DNA from: Candidatus Bathyarchaeia archaeon
Lineage (GTDB): Archaea; Thermoproteota; Bathyarchaeia; Bathyarchaeales; Bathycorpusculaceae
Length of the DNA stretch: 64,000 nt
Direction: 5' to 3'
NCBI GenBank assembly: GCA_050012755.1
Contig: JBEKGO010000006.1
Location: 24,184-88,183 of the forward strand
Shown: in pieces, positions 7,566 to 17,508 of the stretch
Position numbering within the stretch: position 1 is the stretch's first letter
Layout of the letters: each line of letters begins with the position of its first letter
The notes under the pieces: model-generated
Databases searched by the model: none
What the model was told of the DNA's origin: nothing
What the model saw: only the letters and a program-made list of their open reading frames with translations
Translations under genes and position numbers: made by a program

Positions 7566-8663
7566 ATGAAGGTCAAGTTTATGAATCGTTTTGAGGCACG
7601 TCGAGAGAGAGCTCAAGAGCTCATGCTTGAGCAGAATGTTGCTGCTTTACAAGTTACAAGCAGAGAAAACTATTATTATTTAACTGGTGACATGCGAAGT
7701 GTTGCCAGGCTGTTTCTTCCGCAAGAAGGAGAGCCAGCAATTATTGTTTTTGATGAGGAAGTTGAGGCTGCAGCTGAAGCTTCAGGAATCAAAGACGTTC
7801 GAGGCTGGCGTACACCTGCTCAGCTCATGCAAAACTTCTTTCAATTGGTCAAACAATACAACGTTTCAGAAAAGAAAGTCGGCTTTTGCGTTCACTCGAA
7901 CCCAGGTTTTTTAGTTTACAAGTTTCTCAGAGCAAATCCTAAGATGAAAGTGATTGAAAACGAAGAAATCTTGATGCCTCTGCGGTATGCTAAAGATTCG
8001 GAAGAAATCGAAGCAATGAAAAAAGCAGCTGAAGTAGCAAGCAAAGGTGTCGCCACAGCCATTGCTGCTGTTAAGCCAGGCATGACTGAGATTGAGGTTG
8101 CTGCAGAAGCCGAATATGTGATGAGGCGTGCTGGTGCGATGCGTTATGGATCAAGCACTTTTGTCGACAGTGGACCGCATTCCATTTGGTTGCATGGTGG
8201 AACTTCAAAGCGCAAAATTGAGAACGGCGACCTCGTCGTAATTGATGTCCACCCAGTAGTAGATATGTATTCTTCAGACTGCGCGAGAACCATAGTCTGT
8301 GGAGAAGCCACACAAAAGCAAAGCGAGCTTATTCAAACGTATAAAGATACTCAGCAAAACGTCATTGCCAACATAAAGCCAGGCTGGATGGTCGGCGATG
8401 TCACTAAAGCGTTCACGGCGGCCTTCGCTGCTAAGGGTTACGGCGAAGTTTGGATTCCAGGGCCAGTGCATGGAGTCGGTTTGGAGTTTGAAGAGTGGCC
8501 TCATCCAAGTCATTATTTTAACCATCTACAATTGAGAATAGGTGAGAATTGGACTTTGGCTGTGGGACACTCAATTTTGCCTGTCAAAGGTGTCGGAGGC
8601 GTGAAAATAGAGGACACCATTCAAATTACCTCTGAGGGCACCAAAAGTTTAACGAATGTTTAG
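7566..8663 (+). CDS. M24 family (Xaa-Pro peptidase/creatinase-like) hydrolase
   Basis: N-terminal creatinase domain (NYYYLTG); YSSDCART, HGVGL and GVKIED motifs. Confidence 0.85.
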   Translation: MKVKFMNRFEARRERAQELMLEQNVAALQVTSRENYYYLTGDMRSVARLFLPQEGEPAIIVFDEEVEAAAEASGIKDVRGWRTPAQLMQNFFQLVKQYNVSEKKVGFCVHSNPGFLVYKFLRANPKMKVIENEEILMPLRYAKDSEEIEAMKKAAEVASKGVATAIAAVKPGMTEIEVAAEAEYVMRRAGAMRYGSSTFVDSGPHSIWLHGGTSKRKIENGDLVVIDVHPVVDMYSSDCARTIVCGEATQKQSELIQTYKDTQQNVIANIKPGWMVGDVTKAFTAAFAAKGYGEVWIPGPVHGVGLEFEEWPHPSHYFNHLQLRIGENWTLAVGHSILPVKGVGGVKIEDTIQITSEGTKSLTNV

Positions 8664-8758
8664 GGCACTAAAACCGCTCCGGCTGCAACAAATCTATAAA
8701 AAAGTCCGTCAAAAAAGATTTAATAAAAAGAATAGGAAAGATTCATTGAGGAAAAAAT

Positions 8759-8953
8759 ATGCCAGTAGTTCAGGTTTCCGTTTGGGAAGGCATGAGCCCC
8801 GAGAACAAGAAGAAAATAGCTGAAGGAATAACAAGTGTTTTTGAAAAGATAGGAATCCCAAAAGACGCAGTAACAGTAGTCATTTATGAAACGCCAAAAA
8901 GCAATTGGGCAACAGGTGGACAACTGCACTCAGAAAAACACCTTAGCCGCTAA
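8759..8953 (+). CDS. 4-oxalocrotonate tautomerase family protein
   Basis: Catalytic Pro after Met, 64 aa, V.IYE...NWATGG motif. Confidence 0.9.
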   Translation: MPVVQVSVWEGMSPENKKKIAEGITSVFEKIGIPKDAVTVVIYETPKSNWATGGQLHSEKHLSR

Positions 8954-8970
8954 CCAGGATTTGACCCGCC

Positions 8971-9270
8971 GTGGATGAGAAAAACTTTAAGCTATCAGCA
9001 ACAATAAGCAGCGACAATCCAGCAGCTGTAAAACCAGTATTAGAAAGAATAGTTGGCAATGCTGCATCCATAAAAGCGACCACTGACGGATTTGAAGTTA
9101 CCGCTGAATTCAAAGGTCTCAGTGCAAGAGAATTAAATCGCATTTTTCTTTCTGAGTTACGCAGGGCTGAAAAGAAAACTAGAATTCGATCAGAATGGAC
9201 TTGTGAAGGTACGACTGAAAAGTTTTTTGATTATGCGCTAAAACAAACCAAAAGGCCAAGCGCAAAATGA
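8971..9270 (+). CDS. Hypothetical protein
   Basis: 99-aa ORF co-oriented 17 bp after the tautomerase gene, with normal composition. Confidence 0.65.
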   Translation: MDEKNFKLSATISSDNPAAVKPVLERIVGNAASIKATTDGFEVTAEFKGLSARELNRIFLSELRRAEKKTRIRSEWTCEGTTEKFFDYALKQTKRPSAK

Positions 9271-9457
9271 ATTTGTGATATTTCAATTATTTGCGAGTGC
9301 TTCATTAAAGACCAAACTTTGAACCGTCAAGCATATTTACTTGTTTTCTAACCCTGTATTTTCAATCTTACGCACAGATGATACATTGGAGAAATAAAAC
9401 AAAGAATTTCAATGTTTTATTTGATGCTGAAAGCTGTTCAGGTTGAAATGAAAACGC

Positions 9458-10132
9458 ATGAATAAGAAAATATTGGCAATTGGAGCAATAATGATGATTA
9501 TGGCATCATACATGGCCACTTTTCAAATATTGAATATAAGACCGATGACGCCCCTAAATGTGCCAATTCGCGTGGCTTGCGTAGGCGACAGCATCACCCA
9601 GGGAAGCGGGTACCCTGCTAAGCTACAAATGCTCCTTGGAACAAACTATTTGGTGGGCAACTTTGGAGTAGCTGGAACCACAGTCTCACTTAATTCTACA
9701 AGTCCATATATGAATCAGACTGCATTCCAGAAAGCCGAGGAATTCAACCCAAACTATGTCGTCATTATGCTGGGTACCAACGATGCGCGCACAGACGAAA
9801 ATGAATCTAGTGAAACTTTTGAGGCAGATTATAGCGAGCTTGTTTCATCTTTCCAAAATCTTACAAGCAATCCACAAATCTTTGTGGTGGATTCACCGCC
9901 AATTTTCACTGACAACCCAAACTACAACGGCACATATCTTGCCGACAATGTAATTCCCCAGATTGATAGTGTAGCAAGTAATCTTAATTTGCCAACGGTT
10001 AATGTCTATGGTGCTTTTGGTAATCAAAGTAACTATTTCATGGATGGCGTCCATCCTGATCCCGACGGTGCAACTCTGATCGCTTCCGAAGTAGACAACG
10101 CAATAATTGGGCAAGAAAATCCCAACCCGTGA
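9458..10132 (+). CDS. Secreted SGNH/GDSL esterase
   Basis: Signal/anchor helix; GDSIT, NFGVAG, GTND and DGVHP blocks. Confidence 0.9.
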   Translation: MNKKILAIGAIMMIMASYMATFQILNIRPMTPLNVPIRVACVGDSITQGSGYPAKLQMLLGTNYLVGNFGVAGTTVSLNSTSPYMNQTAFQKAEEFNPNYVVIMLGTNDARTDENESSETFEADYSELVSSFQNLTSNPQIFVVDSPPIFTDNPNYNGTYLADNVIPQIDSVASNLNLPTVNVYGAFGNQSNYFMDGVHPDPDGATLIASEVDNAIIGQENPNP

Positions 10133-10267
10133 TTAAAGGATTCAATATTTGGCACCAGGCCAAGCAGTTGAATGCACTTCTGGCAGTGAATTTGAAAGCT
10201 TTCTTCATGCGTCTTTTAGAAAAGTTCTTACGACTAGATCTTACATAATTCCGTTTAAGGAAAGATA

Positions 10268-11161
10268 ATGGTGTCAAGCGACAGCAATTCAAGCCATTCG
10301 GAAAGAAAAATCGTCAGCATAGGACTTATCCAAACGAAAGTTTCAGACAACATAGCCGACAACATGAAAAAAACATTAGAAAAAATCAAAGAAGCCGCGA
10401 CAAAAGGTGCTCAAATTGTTTGTCTTCAAGAACTGTACAGAACCAAGTATTTCCCCCAAGAAGAAAAACAGGATGTAAGGAAGTTAGCTGAGACAATTCC
10501 GGGAGAATCCACAAAAGCTTTCGCGGAACTGGCAAAAGAGGAAAAAATAGTAATAATTGCACCATTATTTGAGAAAACTTCAAACGGAAAATTCTACAAC
10601 ACAGCCGTCGTAATTGATGCAAACGGAAAAATCTCGGGCAGCTACCGCAAGATGCATATTCCGCAAGACCCGTTTTTTTACGAAAAAAATTATTTCGAAG
10701 AAGGCAACCAAGGCTACCTAGTCCACAAAACCAAATACGCTAACATAGGAGTGCTAATCTGTTATGACCAATGGTTTCCTGAAGCCGCAAGAATCAACGC
10801 ACTTAAATGTGCAGAAATTATTTTTTACCCAACTGCTATAGGCTACATCAAAGGTCAAAATTCATCTGACGGCGACTGGCATGATGCTTGGAAAACGGTG
10901 CAGCGTGCCCACGCCATAGCAAACGGAGTACATGTAGCTGCTGTGAACCGAGTGGGTGAAGAGGAGCAACTGCAGTTTTGGGGCGGCTCATTTGTTTGTG
11001 ACTCATTTGGAAAAGTGCTCGGAGAGGCAAGCTACACAAAAGAAGAATCATTGGTTGTTAAGGTAGATCTTAGCAAAAACAAGCAAATTCAAGAAGGATG
11101 GGGTTTTCTAAAAAATCGGCGACCAGACACCTACAAGTCGTTATTTGAAGGTTGTACCTGA
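10268..11161 (+). CDS. aguB: Carbon-nitrogen hydrolase, probable N-carbamoylputrescine amidase
   Basis: QEL (Glu), YRKMHIP (Lys), ICYDQWFPE (Cys); adjacent to agmatine deiminase. Confidence 0.85.
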   Translation: MVSSDSNSSHSERKIVSIGLIQTKVSDNIADNMKKTLEKIKEAATKGAQIVCLQELYRTKYFPQEEKQDVRKLAETIPGESTKAFAELAKEEKIVIIAPLFEKTSNGKFYNTAVVIDANGKISGSYRKMHIPQDPFFYEKNYFEEGNQGYLVHKTKYANIGVLICYDQWFPEAARINALKCAEIIFYPTAIGYIKGQNSSDGDWHDAWKTVQRAHAIANGVHVAAVNRVGEEEQLQFWGGSFVCDSFGKVLGEASYTKEESLVVKVDLSKNKQIQEGWGFLKNRRPDTYKSLFEGCT

Positions 11162-12240
11162 GGCATCCTATGACGAATGTTAATTGCTTTTCAGGTAAAA
11201 CTCCCCGCGAACTAGGATACTGCATGCCCCCTGAATGGAGTAAACATGAAGCCATCTGGTTAGCGTGGCCACATGACCCAACAACCTTCATAACGGGTGT
11301 CGAAAAAGTGGAAGAAACTTTTCTTAAAATTATAGAATTAATCCACAAAGATGAATGCGTTAATCTTTTCGTTAAGGATGCAGACATGAAACGAAGAATA
11401 ACTGGTTTGTTTGAGAAAAGAAACATTGATTTAAAGAAAATACGTTTTTTCGAATTTGATTATGCTGATGTTTGGTTTCGAGATTATGGTCCTATATTTG
11501 TTATGAACAGAGAGCAAAAATTGGCGATGGTACGCTGGATTTTTAATTCTTGGGGAGAAAAGTATGAGAATCTGCTAAAAGATGCACAGATTCCTCAGGT
11601 AATAAACAAAGCAATGCATTTGGATTGTTTTGAACCGGGAATAGTTTTGGAAGGCGGCTCGATAGATGTTAACGGAAAAGGAACCTTACTTACAACCGAG
11701 CAGTGCTTACTTAACAAAAACAGGAACTCTCTGCTTGGAAAAGAAAAAATCGAGAAATACTTACAAGATTATTTGGGTGCAAATCACATTATTTGGTTAG
11801 GGTGTGGTATTGTAGGTGATGATACAGACGGTCATGTTGATGATCTTGCACGATTCGTTAATCCAACGACCGTTGTCTGCGCTTATGATGAAGGCGACGA
11901 CCAAAATGCAGAAGCACTGAGAAAAAATTATGAAATATTATGCCAATCCACGGACCAAGACGGTAAAAAATTAAAAATTGTTAAGTTGCCGATGCCAGGA
12001 AATGTTGAATGCGACAATAAGCGGCTTCCAGCGAGCTATACAAATTTTTATATAGGAAACAAAACAGTTCTGGTTCCTACATTTGAATCTAAAAATGATG
12101 ATGTCGCGTTGTCTATTTTAAAGAAACTGTTTCCCAAAAGAAAGGTGGTAGGCGTGGATTGCGTTGACTTAATTTGCGGGTTTGGTGCAATTCATTGTAT
12201 TTCGCAACAACAACCCACTAGCAAATCACTTACTCGCTGA
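11152..12240 (+). CDS. aguA: Agmatine deiminase
   Basis: MPPEW, WFRDYGP, LEGGS, DTDGHVD, SYTNF and GAIHCISQQQP motifs. Confidence 0.92.
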   Translation: MYLRHPMTNVNCFSGKTPRELGYCMPPEWSKHEAIWLAWPHDPTTFITGVEKVEETFLKIIELIHKDECVNLFVKDADMKRRITGLFEKRNIDLKKIRFFEFDYADVWFRDYGPIFVMNREQKLAMVRWIFNSWGEKYENLLKDAQIPQVINKAMHLDCFEPGIVLEGGSIDVNGKGTLLTTEQCLLNKNRNSLLGKEKIEKYLQDYLGANHIIWLGCGIVGDDTDGHVDDLARFVNPTTVVCAYDEGDDQNAEALRKNYEILCQSTDQDGKKLKIVKLPMPGNVECDNKRLPASYTNFYIGNKTVLVPTFESKNDDVALSILKKLFPKRKVVGVDCVDLICGFGAIHCISQQQPTSKSLTR

Positions 12241-12597
12241 GTTTTCCTTGGCTCTAAACTTCACAATTTCCTTTACCAATTCAAGTGGAATTGGTTCATC
12301 AATTGGAAACTGGATTGTACCCTTACTTGTTTGATAAGAAGACAATTTTTCTTTGAAGGCTTTAATAGCTGAGATTTTAGGAAAAAAACCGATATGATTC
12401 TTGAATGCTGCAAACCACACCAAAACACCATTTTGTTTGAATGCAGGCATTTGATAGCTAATTGTCTCCTCCGCCTCAGGTGCAGCCTCCTTGATTGCTT
12501 GTCTTAATTCTTCTAAAATAATTTGAACATTTTTAGGATAAGTGGCGATGTATTCATCTATGGTTCTGAATTTTTTCTTAGACGCCATAGGGCTCAC
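12226..12597 (-). CDS. DUF1801 (YdhG-like) protein
   Basis: TIDEYI...E.ISYQMP...AAFKNHIGFFP...KGTIQFP. Confidence 0.88.
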   Translation of the reverse strand: MSPMASKKKFRTIDEYIATYPKNVQIILEELRQAIKEAAPEAEETISYQMPAFKQNGVLVWFAAFKNHIGFFPKISAIKAFKEKLSSYQTSKGTIQFPIDEPIPLELVKEIVKFRAKENSASK

Positions 12598-12678
12598 TAT
12601 ATAACAAGTTGGTTGATAAGTTATCTAAGTCTATTTCTATTCTTGAAGTGCATCGAAAAAAATTGAATCCCGCAATTT

Positions 12679-12820
12679 TCATAAATAAATCAAACGCGTT
12701 CGTTTCATGAATTCTAGAACTTCCTCATTGTCCATTAAGTATTGTCTCCCTTTTTCCGTCAGGCGTAACATGGGCTCTTGCTGAATCAAAACCCCAAGCT
12801 CATGCAATAACTTCCACAAA
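12679..12820 (-). pseudogene. Possible C-terminal remnant of a winged-helix protein
   Basis: LHELGVLIQQEPMLRLTEKGRQYL resembles the wing plus LTxKG motif; no credible N-terminus. Confidence 0.35.
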
Positions 12821-12849
12821 TTATAAACCAGAATAAGACAATAATAGAA

Positions 12850-13893
12850 TTGTTGAATTCTATGGGAAAAACTCTGTTGAATGCATTCTTGATTACCCTC
12901 ATGGTTATCGGATTGGCTTTTGTTGGCAATGCGCATTATTGTACGGCTGAAAGCGACGTTTCTGCCTCAATTCCCTCCGCAAATATGGCATCCGGAGGAA
13001 ACGGCAATCTCGAACTCACGATGACCATAGACAAAGAATCTTACAGTTTAGGCGAACCTGTTAACCTAACTCTGACCATCACCAACATTAGCAATCAGAC
13101 AATAAGCTTTGAGCACACAGGATTGGATTTTGATTTTCAAGTTTTCAACGACACAAACAACTTAGTGTACCAATGGTCAAATTTCAAAGCCATAGCTCAA
13201 TTCATAGCCATCGTGCCGCTTCCAGTTGGAGAGAACATGTCAACCAACTTCACTTGGCTGCAAACATGCAATTTCAACGCCTCAGTTCAAGGGGACCCAG
13301 TCTCGCCTGGAATCTACAACATTATTGGCAAAACTGGCCCAACCTACGGAATACAAACTACACCAATACAACTCACAATCGGGGTTACACCAACGACTGC
13401 TCCAACGCCATTACCTACAACGACGCCCACACAAACTCCGCAGGCAACAACATTGCCCGCGACAACAAACAATGGCTCAACAGTTGACCTCGCAATTACC
13501 GGAAACATAACCAGTGCACAGATTTCCAACGTTACAATCGCAACACTCCAGTCTACTTCTTCAAGTATCGTGTCTTTCACTGTGACGGGAGAAAACGGCA
13601 CTACAGGTTTTGGCAACATAACCATCCCAATAAGTGCAGTGCTCTATGGAACCACGCCAACAATTTATATTGACGGCCAACCTGCTCAAGACCAAGGTTA
13701 CGCGCAAGACAGCAACAACTACTACGTATGGTATGCCACACACTTTAGCACACACGAAGTATCAATCGTGTTCACCGCAAAGTCTTTAATTCCAGAGTTT
13801 CCGTTATCAGCAATCTTGTCTTTGTTCATAATACTGGCAGTCTCAGTTTCAGTGATGCTTATACCTAAGAATCGAAAGATATACAAAAACTGA
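12850..13893 (+). CDS. Secreted surface protein: BsuPI/Ig-like domain, Thr/Pro linker, PEF-CTERM-like anchor
   Basis: Signal peptide; TIDKESYSLGEPVNLTL...VYQWS; TPT-rich linker; HFSTH; IPEFP followed by TM and basic tail. Confidence 0.8.
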   Translation: MLNSMGKTLLNAFLITLMVIGLAFVGNAHYCTAESDVSASIPSANMASGGNGNLELTMTIDKESYSLGEPVNLTLTITNISNQTISFEHTGLDFDFQVFNDTNNLVYQWSNFKAIAQFIAIVPLPVGENMSTNFTWLQTCNFNASVQGDPVSPGIYNIIGKTGPTYGIQTTPIQLTIGVTPTTAPTPLPTTTPTQTPQATTLPATTNNGSTVDLAITGNITSAQISNVTIATLQSTSSSIVSFTVTGENGTTGFGNITIPISAVLYGTTPTIYIDGQPAQDQGYAQDSNNYYVWYATHFSTHEVSIVFTAKSLIPEFPLSAILSLFIILAVSVSVMLIPKNRKIYKN

Positions 13894-14022
13894 AATGTGA
13901 AAACAGAAGAAGGTTTTATTAGCTATGAAGTTCTAAACGGGCTGAAATTCTAAGTCTTATTGAAATCACTGATTGACTAAAACCAGAATAAGCTAAAATC
14001 GAGCTTTGGAGAGAAATCGAAG

Positions 14023-14097
14023 CGGGCCCGATGGGATTTGAACCCATGACTTTCAGCTTAGAAGGCTGACGCGCTATCCGTACTGCGCCACGGGCCC
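14023..14097 (-). tRNA. tRNA-Arg(TCT), intronless, CCA not encoded
   Basis: GGGCCCG...TCAGC-CT-TCT-AA-GCTGA...ATGGG-TTCAAAT-CCCAT-CGGGCCC-G. Confidence 0.96.
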
Positions 14098-14180
14098 TCA
14101 TGGGGCACTTTAATGAAACACTAACAAATATAATTTTACCTATCGCGCTGGCCTAAAAAAATTAAGAAACAATCTTTTGG

Positions 14181-14990
14181 TCATATTTTTTGTCCGCAAT
14201 GAGAGCAATATAATGCATTCAGCTGGTTTGGGGCTCCGCAGTAGGTGCAGTATTTTACTTGCCCAGAAACGGGTGGAATATTAATTGCCGCTTGCACTGG
14301 AACGGTCGGCACTTGTATTCTAAAATACGCCATTGCCAAGAGCACCCAGGCAACGTCCTGCACTAAACCTCCAATTGTCAGAAGTGCCAGCAGAGTGTTA
14401 AGCGGAACTGTAACAAAAGAGACAACAACGGCAAATATTATTGCAATTACGATGTTTACTAGTGCGCCGGCTATGAGCACTTTAGCGCCAGTTCTAAACA
14501 GGGGAACATTGGACTTATCTGATAGCAAATTGAAAGCCTTCACGTTAAATGCTATCCAAATTATTCCAACAAGGCTAAACAAAGGAAAAACGAAGCCGAA
14601 GATCCTTGACATTTCGGAAGATATTTGACTTGACGGTGGAGCTGAGGAGCTCAAGTTTGGAAATAGGGTAGTCAGATTAAACAAAATAACTATAACTAGA
14701 ATAACCAAGACAACTACAGCTGCCACAATCGTAATTATTATGCCGTATAGCAAATAACTGAAAATTCTGTGATCTTGGTAATCTTTGGAGAAGCCATACA
14801 TCGCTACCAGGAATAGTAGAAAACCAACAAAAGATAAAACACCAAATAAACCGCCTATGCCGGCAAATATCAAGGCTCCAACTGATTGGGGAAAAACGTA
14901 CCTAAAAATGGTTGATGCTTGGCTGATAACTCCAATTAGCATTAGAATAGCAGCTACTCCGCCCAAAGTTCTGTTAGATTCAATTGTCAA
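14181..14990 (-). CDS. DUF996-like membrane protein with C-terminal zinc ribbon
   Basis: LGGVAAIL start, several TM helices, LFRTG, CTYCG...YCSHCG. Confidence 0.8.
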   Translation of the reverse strand: MTIESNRTLGGVAAILMLIGVISQASTIFRYVFPQSVGALIFAGIGGLFGVLSFVGFLLFLVAMYGFSKDYQDHRIFSYLLYGIIITIVAAVVVLVILVIVILFNLTTLFPNLSSSAPPSSQISSEMSRIFGFVFPLFSLVGIIWIAFNVKAFNLLSDKSNVPLFRTGAKVLIAGALVNIVIAIIFAVVVSFVTVPLNTLLALLTIGGLVQDVAWVLLAMAYFRIQVPTVPVQAAINIPPVSGQVKYCTYCGAPNQLNALYCSHCGQKI

Positions 14991-15185
14991 CTTGCTGCAC
15001 CTCGGGTAAGCTAATTGTAGTGGTTAAGGGATAAGTTTTTTGCTTCAAGCAGCATCCTCTGATTAACACCTTTCTAAATGCAAAGCACTGTTTAACGCTG
15101 AAATCGTAGAAGAGCAATTCTATTCGGGCGCCAAATTGTTTCATTTTTGTATTAGAAGTACAATATCAACATCTGAACAGGTCGC

Positions 15186-16187
15186 CTACTTCACGTTTCC
15201 AACCCTAAGTTTGTCCACTTCAGCCTTTTCAGGGACCACGACCAGTACAGATTTGTCGAGGGTTTCTCTTCCAAAATTAACCTTAACTTCATTACCCTTC
15301 GCATCGGAATAAAATGCAGTTATCTTAGCCGCTGTCTCAATTGACTTTTTTGTTTTGGGTCCCTGCAAAATCGTAGTTGGACCCACAGTGTCAGGCAACT
15401 CGAAAAAGAAGTCGCCTCGCAGTTTTTCAGCAGCCAACAGCTTATTCTCGGCTTCATTTCGTCCCACGATTATTTTGTTATTGCTTAATCTAAAGTGCCT
15501 GCCAACTTTAAGCAAAGCAACATCAGCGATTGAAATCCGCTTCTTGTTGACGAATAGGTCTCTTAGCTTCTTTGAGTATTCCTCGCATGTCAGCAAGCAT
15601 CCGCCAGCAGGAGCGGGAAAACTTGTAATTCCAAATTCCGCCGCAAGTTGGAACTGGGGCTTTCTTGATCGCCCTTGAATGTTGTATAGTTTGGTTCTGT
15701 CAACTAAGCCTTTCTTCTCCGCTTCGGTTTCACGAAGTAGCTTTGCTGAAAGAGGTCTTAAGAGTTTGCCTTTCAATCCAGCCTCTTCTTCAATAATCTT
15801 CAAGGCGGGACCGTGCTGGGATTTGGGTCTTTCGCCAAGCACTTCACCTGTGAAAAGGAAATCAGCACCAATCTCTTTGGCGTATTTTTTGGCTTTTTTT
15901 ATCATAAAGATTTTGCAGTCGATACAGGGATTCATGTTTTTGCCATAACCATACTTTGGGTTGCGGAGCATTTGCAAATAATCTTTTCCTACACAGACGA
16001 TTTTTAGGGGAACTTTAAGTTGGTTTGCGGCTTCGGTTGCTTCGCTGGTTCCGTCTTTTTTGGGTATGCAAAAGGGAGTTCTAACGTTAAAGGCTACTAC
16101 TTCGATGCCTTGTTTACGAATAAGTTCCGTAGCAAGTATGCTGTCTAAGCCGCCAGAAAGCAAACTTATAGCCTTAACACGAGTCAT
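15186..16187 (-). CDS. THUMP-less ThiI/MnmA-like PP-loop tRNA thiolation enzyme with DUF814-like C-terminus
   Basis: SGGLDS, NPCIDC, TGEVLGERP, GRSRK, PAGGCLLT, GRHFR and IVGRN motifs. Confidence 0.8.
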   Translation of the reverse strand: MTRVKAISLLSGGLDSILATELIRKQGIEVVAFNVRTPFCIPKKDGTSEATEAANQLKVPLKIVCVGKDYLQMLRNPKYGYGKNMNPCIDCKIFMIKKAKKYAKEIGADFLFTGEVLGERPKSQHGPALKIIEEEAGLKGKLLRPLSAKLLRETEAEKKGLVDRTKLYNIQGRSRKPQFQLAAEFGITSFPAPAGGCLLTCEEYSKKLRDLFVNKKRISIADVALLKVGRHFRLSNNKIIVGRNEAENKLLAAEKLRGDFFFELPDTVGPTTILQGPKTKKSIETAAKITAFYSDAKGNEVKVNFGRETLDKSVLVVVPEKAEVDKLRVGNVK

Positions 16188-16359
16188 ATCGCCAATAGGA
16201 TTCTTTTGCGATAAATAATAATTTACCTATGAAACATAGAGGAAAAAACTGATTTCTTGAGTTTTCCAACATTCGGCTGACTTGCTTGCTCCCTTTTCTC
16301 TAGAATGATTTAAAAACCCATGTGAAAATAAAACATGTGATTATACTTACTAACGAGGA

Positions 16360-17496
16360 TTGCGTTTGACAGTAGATGTCAGCATCTTTATCCCAGTCTA
16401 CAGGGAATCAAATCAACTAGCAAGCATGCTTAATGAGCTAAATTCCCAAAATGTTGCAAAAGAAATCTTTGTAACTGTTGACGCACCTACAGATGAATTT
16501 TCGCAAAAAATCAAAAACCTTGGGAATGAGAACGTTAAATTTATTGTTAACAAAGAACGCATAGGCAAAGCAAACGCAGTAAACAGCACAGTAAAATTGT
16601 CTTCAGGTCAAGTGCTGCTTTTCCTCGATTCCGATGTTCAAATAAGCGGCGACCCAGATTTTCTAAGAAAAATCATTATGGAAACACACGTCGCAGACAT
16701 TGTCGACATAAAAAAGAGAGTAATAAAAGGAAAATCACTCCTATCTAAAATGGCTTATTATGAATATTTCACGTACAACGTCAGCGCCTGGTTATCATCA
16801 AAGTACCTACATAAATGTCCTGCAGTGAACGGCGCAGCATTTGCGATTAAGCGAGAAACATTTGAGAAAGTCGGAGGCTTCCACAGAGTTATTGCCGAAG
16901 ACATTGATCTGGCAACAAGAGCTTTCTTGGAGGATAGTAGTTTCGCTTACTCAACTGACGTCGAAGTGAAAAACGTTGTTTATTCTGACTGGGGAAGATG
17001 GTTTACTCAGCGTAGAAGATGGGCAATAGGTCAAGCCTCATGGTTTGTTTGTTGGTATCGGACTTTAGCAAAAAAATTCTTAAAAAAACCCCAAGTTTTT
17101 CTGCCAGGCTTGTTTTTCCTTTACCCTTCTGTCGCAATTTTCTTCATAAGCGCTTTAGTGCCAAGCCTTTGGATGTATAATTCACTGCTTGTTTTTTCAC
17201 TGTTTCTATCTGTCAAATTCAACATCATGTTACCTATTTTTCTTGTTTCACTAGGAACCGCGGACTTGCTAAAGATCTTAATTATCTCCTTGTCAGGTTT
17301 TGCCATAACTGCAGGCGTTTTTTACATTTTCTCGCGAAAATTGGGATTCCGAGAAATGAAACTTCATGAATTTTTCGTCTATTACTTTTTCTATTCAACA
17401 ATTTGGATGGCAATAATAATTATTGGGGTCATTCAAGTGATTGCTTTACGCAAAAAGGTTGCCCTAGGCTGGACAACTGGATCAGCAAAAATATAA
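16360..17496 (+). CDS. GT2 family glycosyltransferase with C-terminal TM helices
   Basis: IPVYRE, GKANA, FLDSD, AED and QRRRW motifs. Confidence 0.9.
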   Translation: MRLTVDVSIFIPVYRESNQLASMLNELNSQNVAKEIFVTVDAPTDEFSQKIKNLGNENVKFIVNKERIGKANAVNSTVKLSSGQVLLFLDSDVQISGDPDFLRKIIMETHVADIVDIKKRVIKGKSLLSKMAYYEYFTYNVSAWLSSKYLHKCPAVNGAAFAIKRETFEKVGGFHRVIAEDIDLATRAFLEDSSFAYSTDVEVKNVVYSDWGRWFTQRRRWAIGQASWFVCWYRTLAKKFLKKPQVFLPGLFFLYPSVAIFFISALVPSLWMYNSLLVFSLFLSVKFNIMLPIFLVSLGTADLLKILIISLSGFAITAGVFYIFSRKLGFREMKLHEFFVYYFFYSTIWMAIIIIGVIQVIALRKKVALGWTTGSAKI

Positions 17497-17508
17497 AACC
17501 AAAAAAAA

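Noticed and set aside
13919-14101. 60-aa ORF
   Set aside because: It is a translation of the tRNA-Arg gene.
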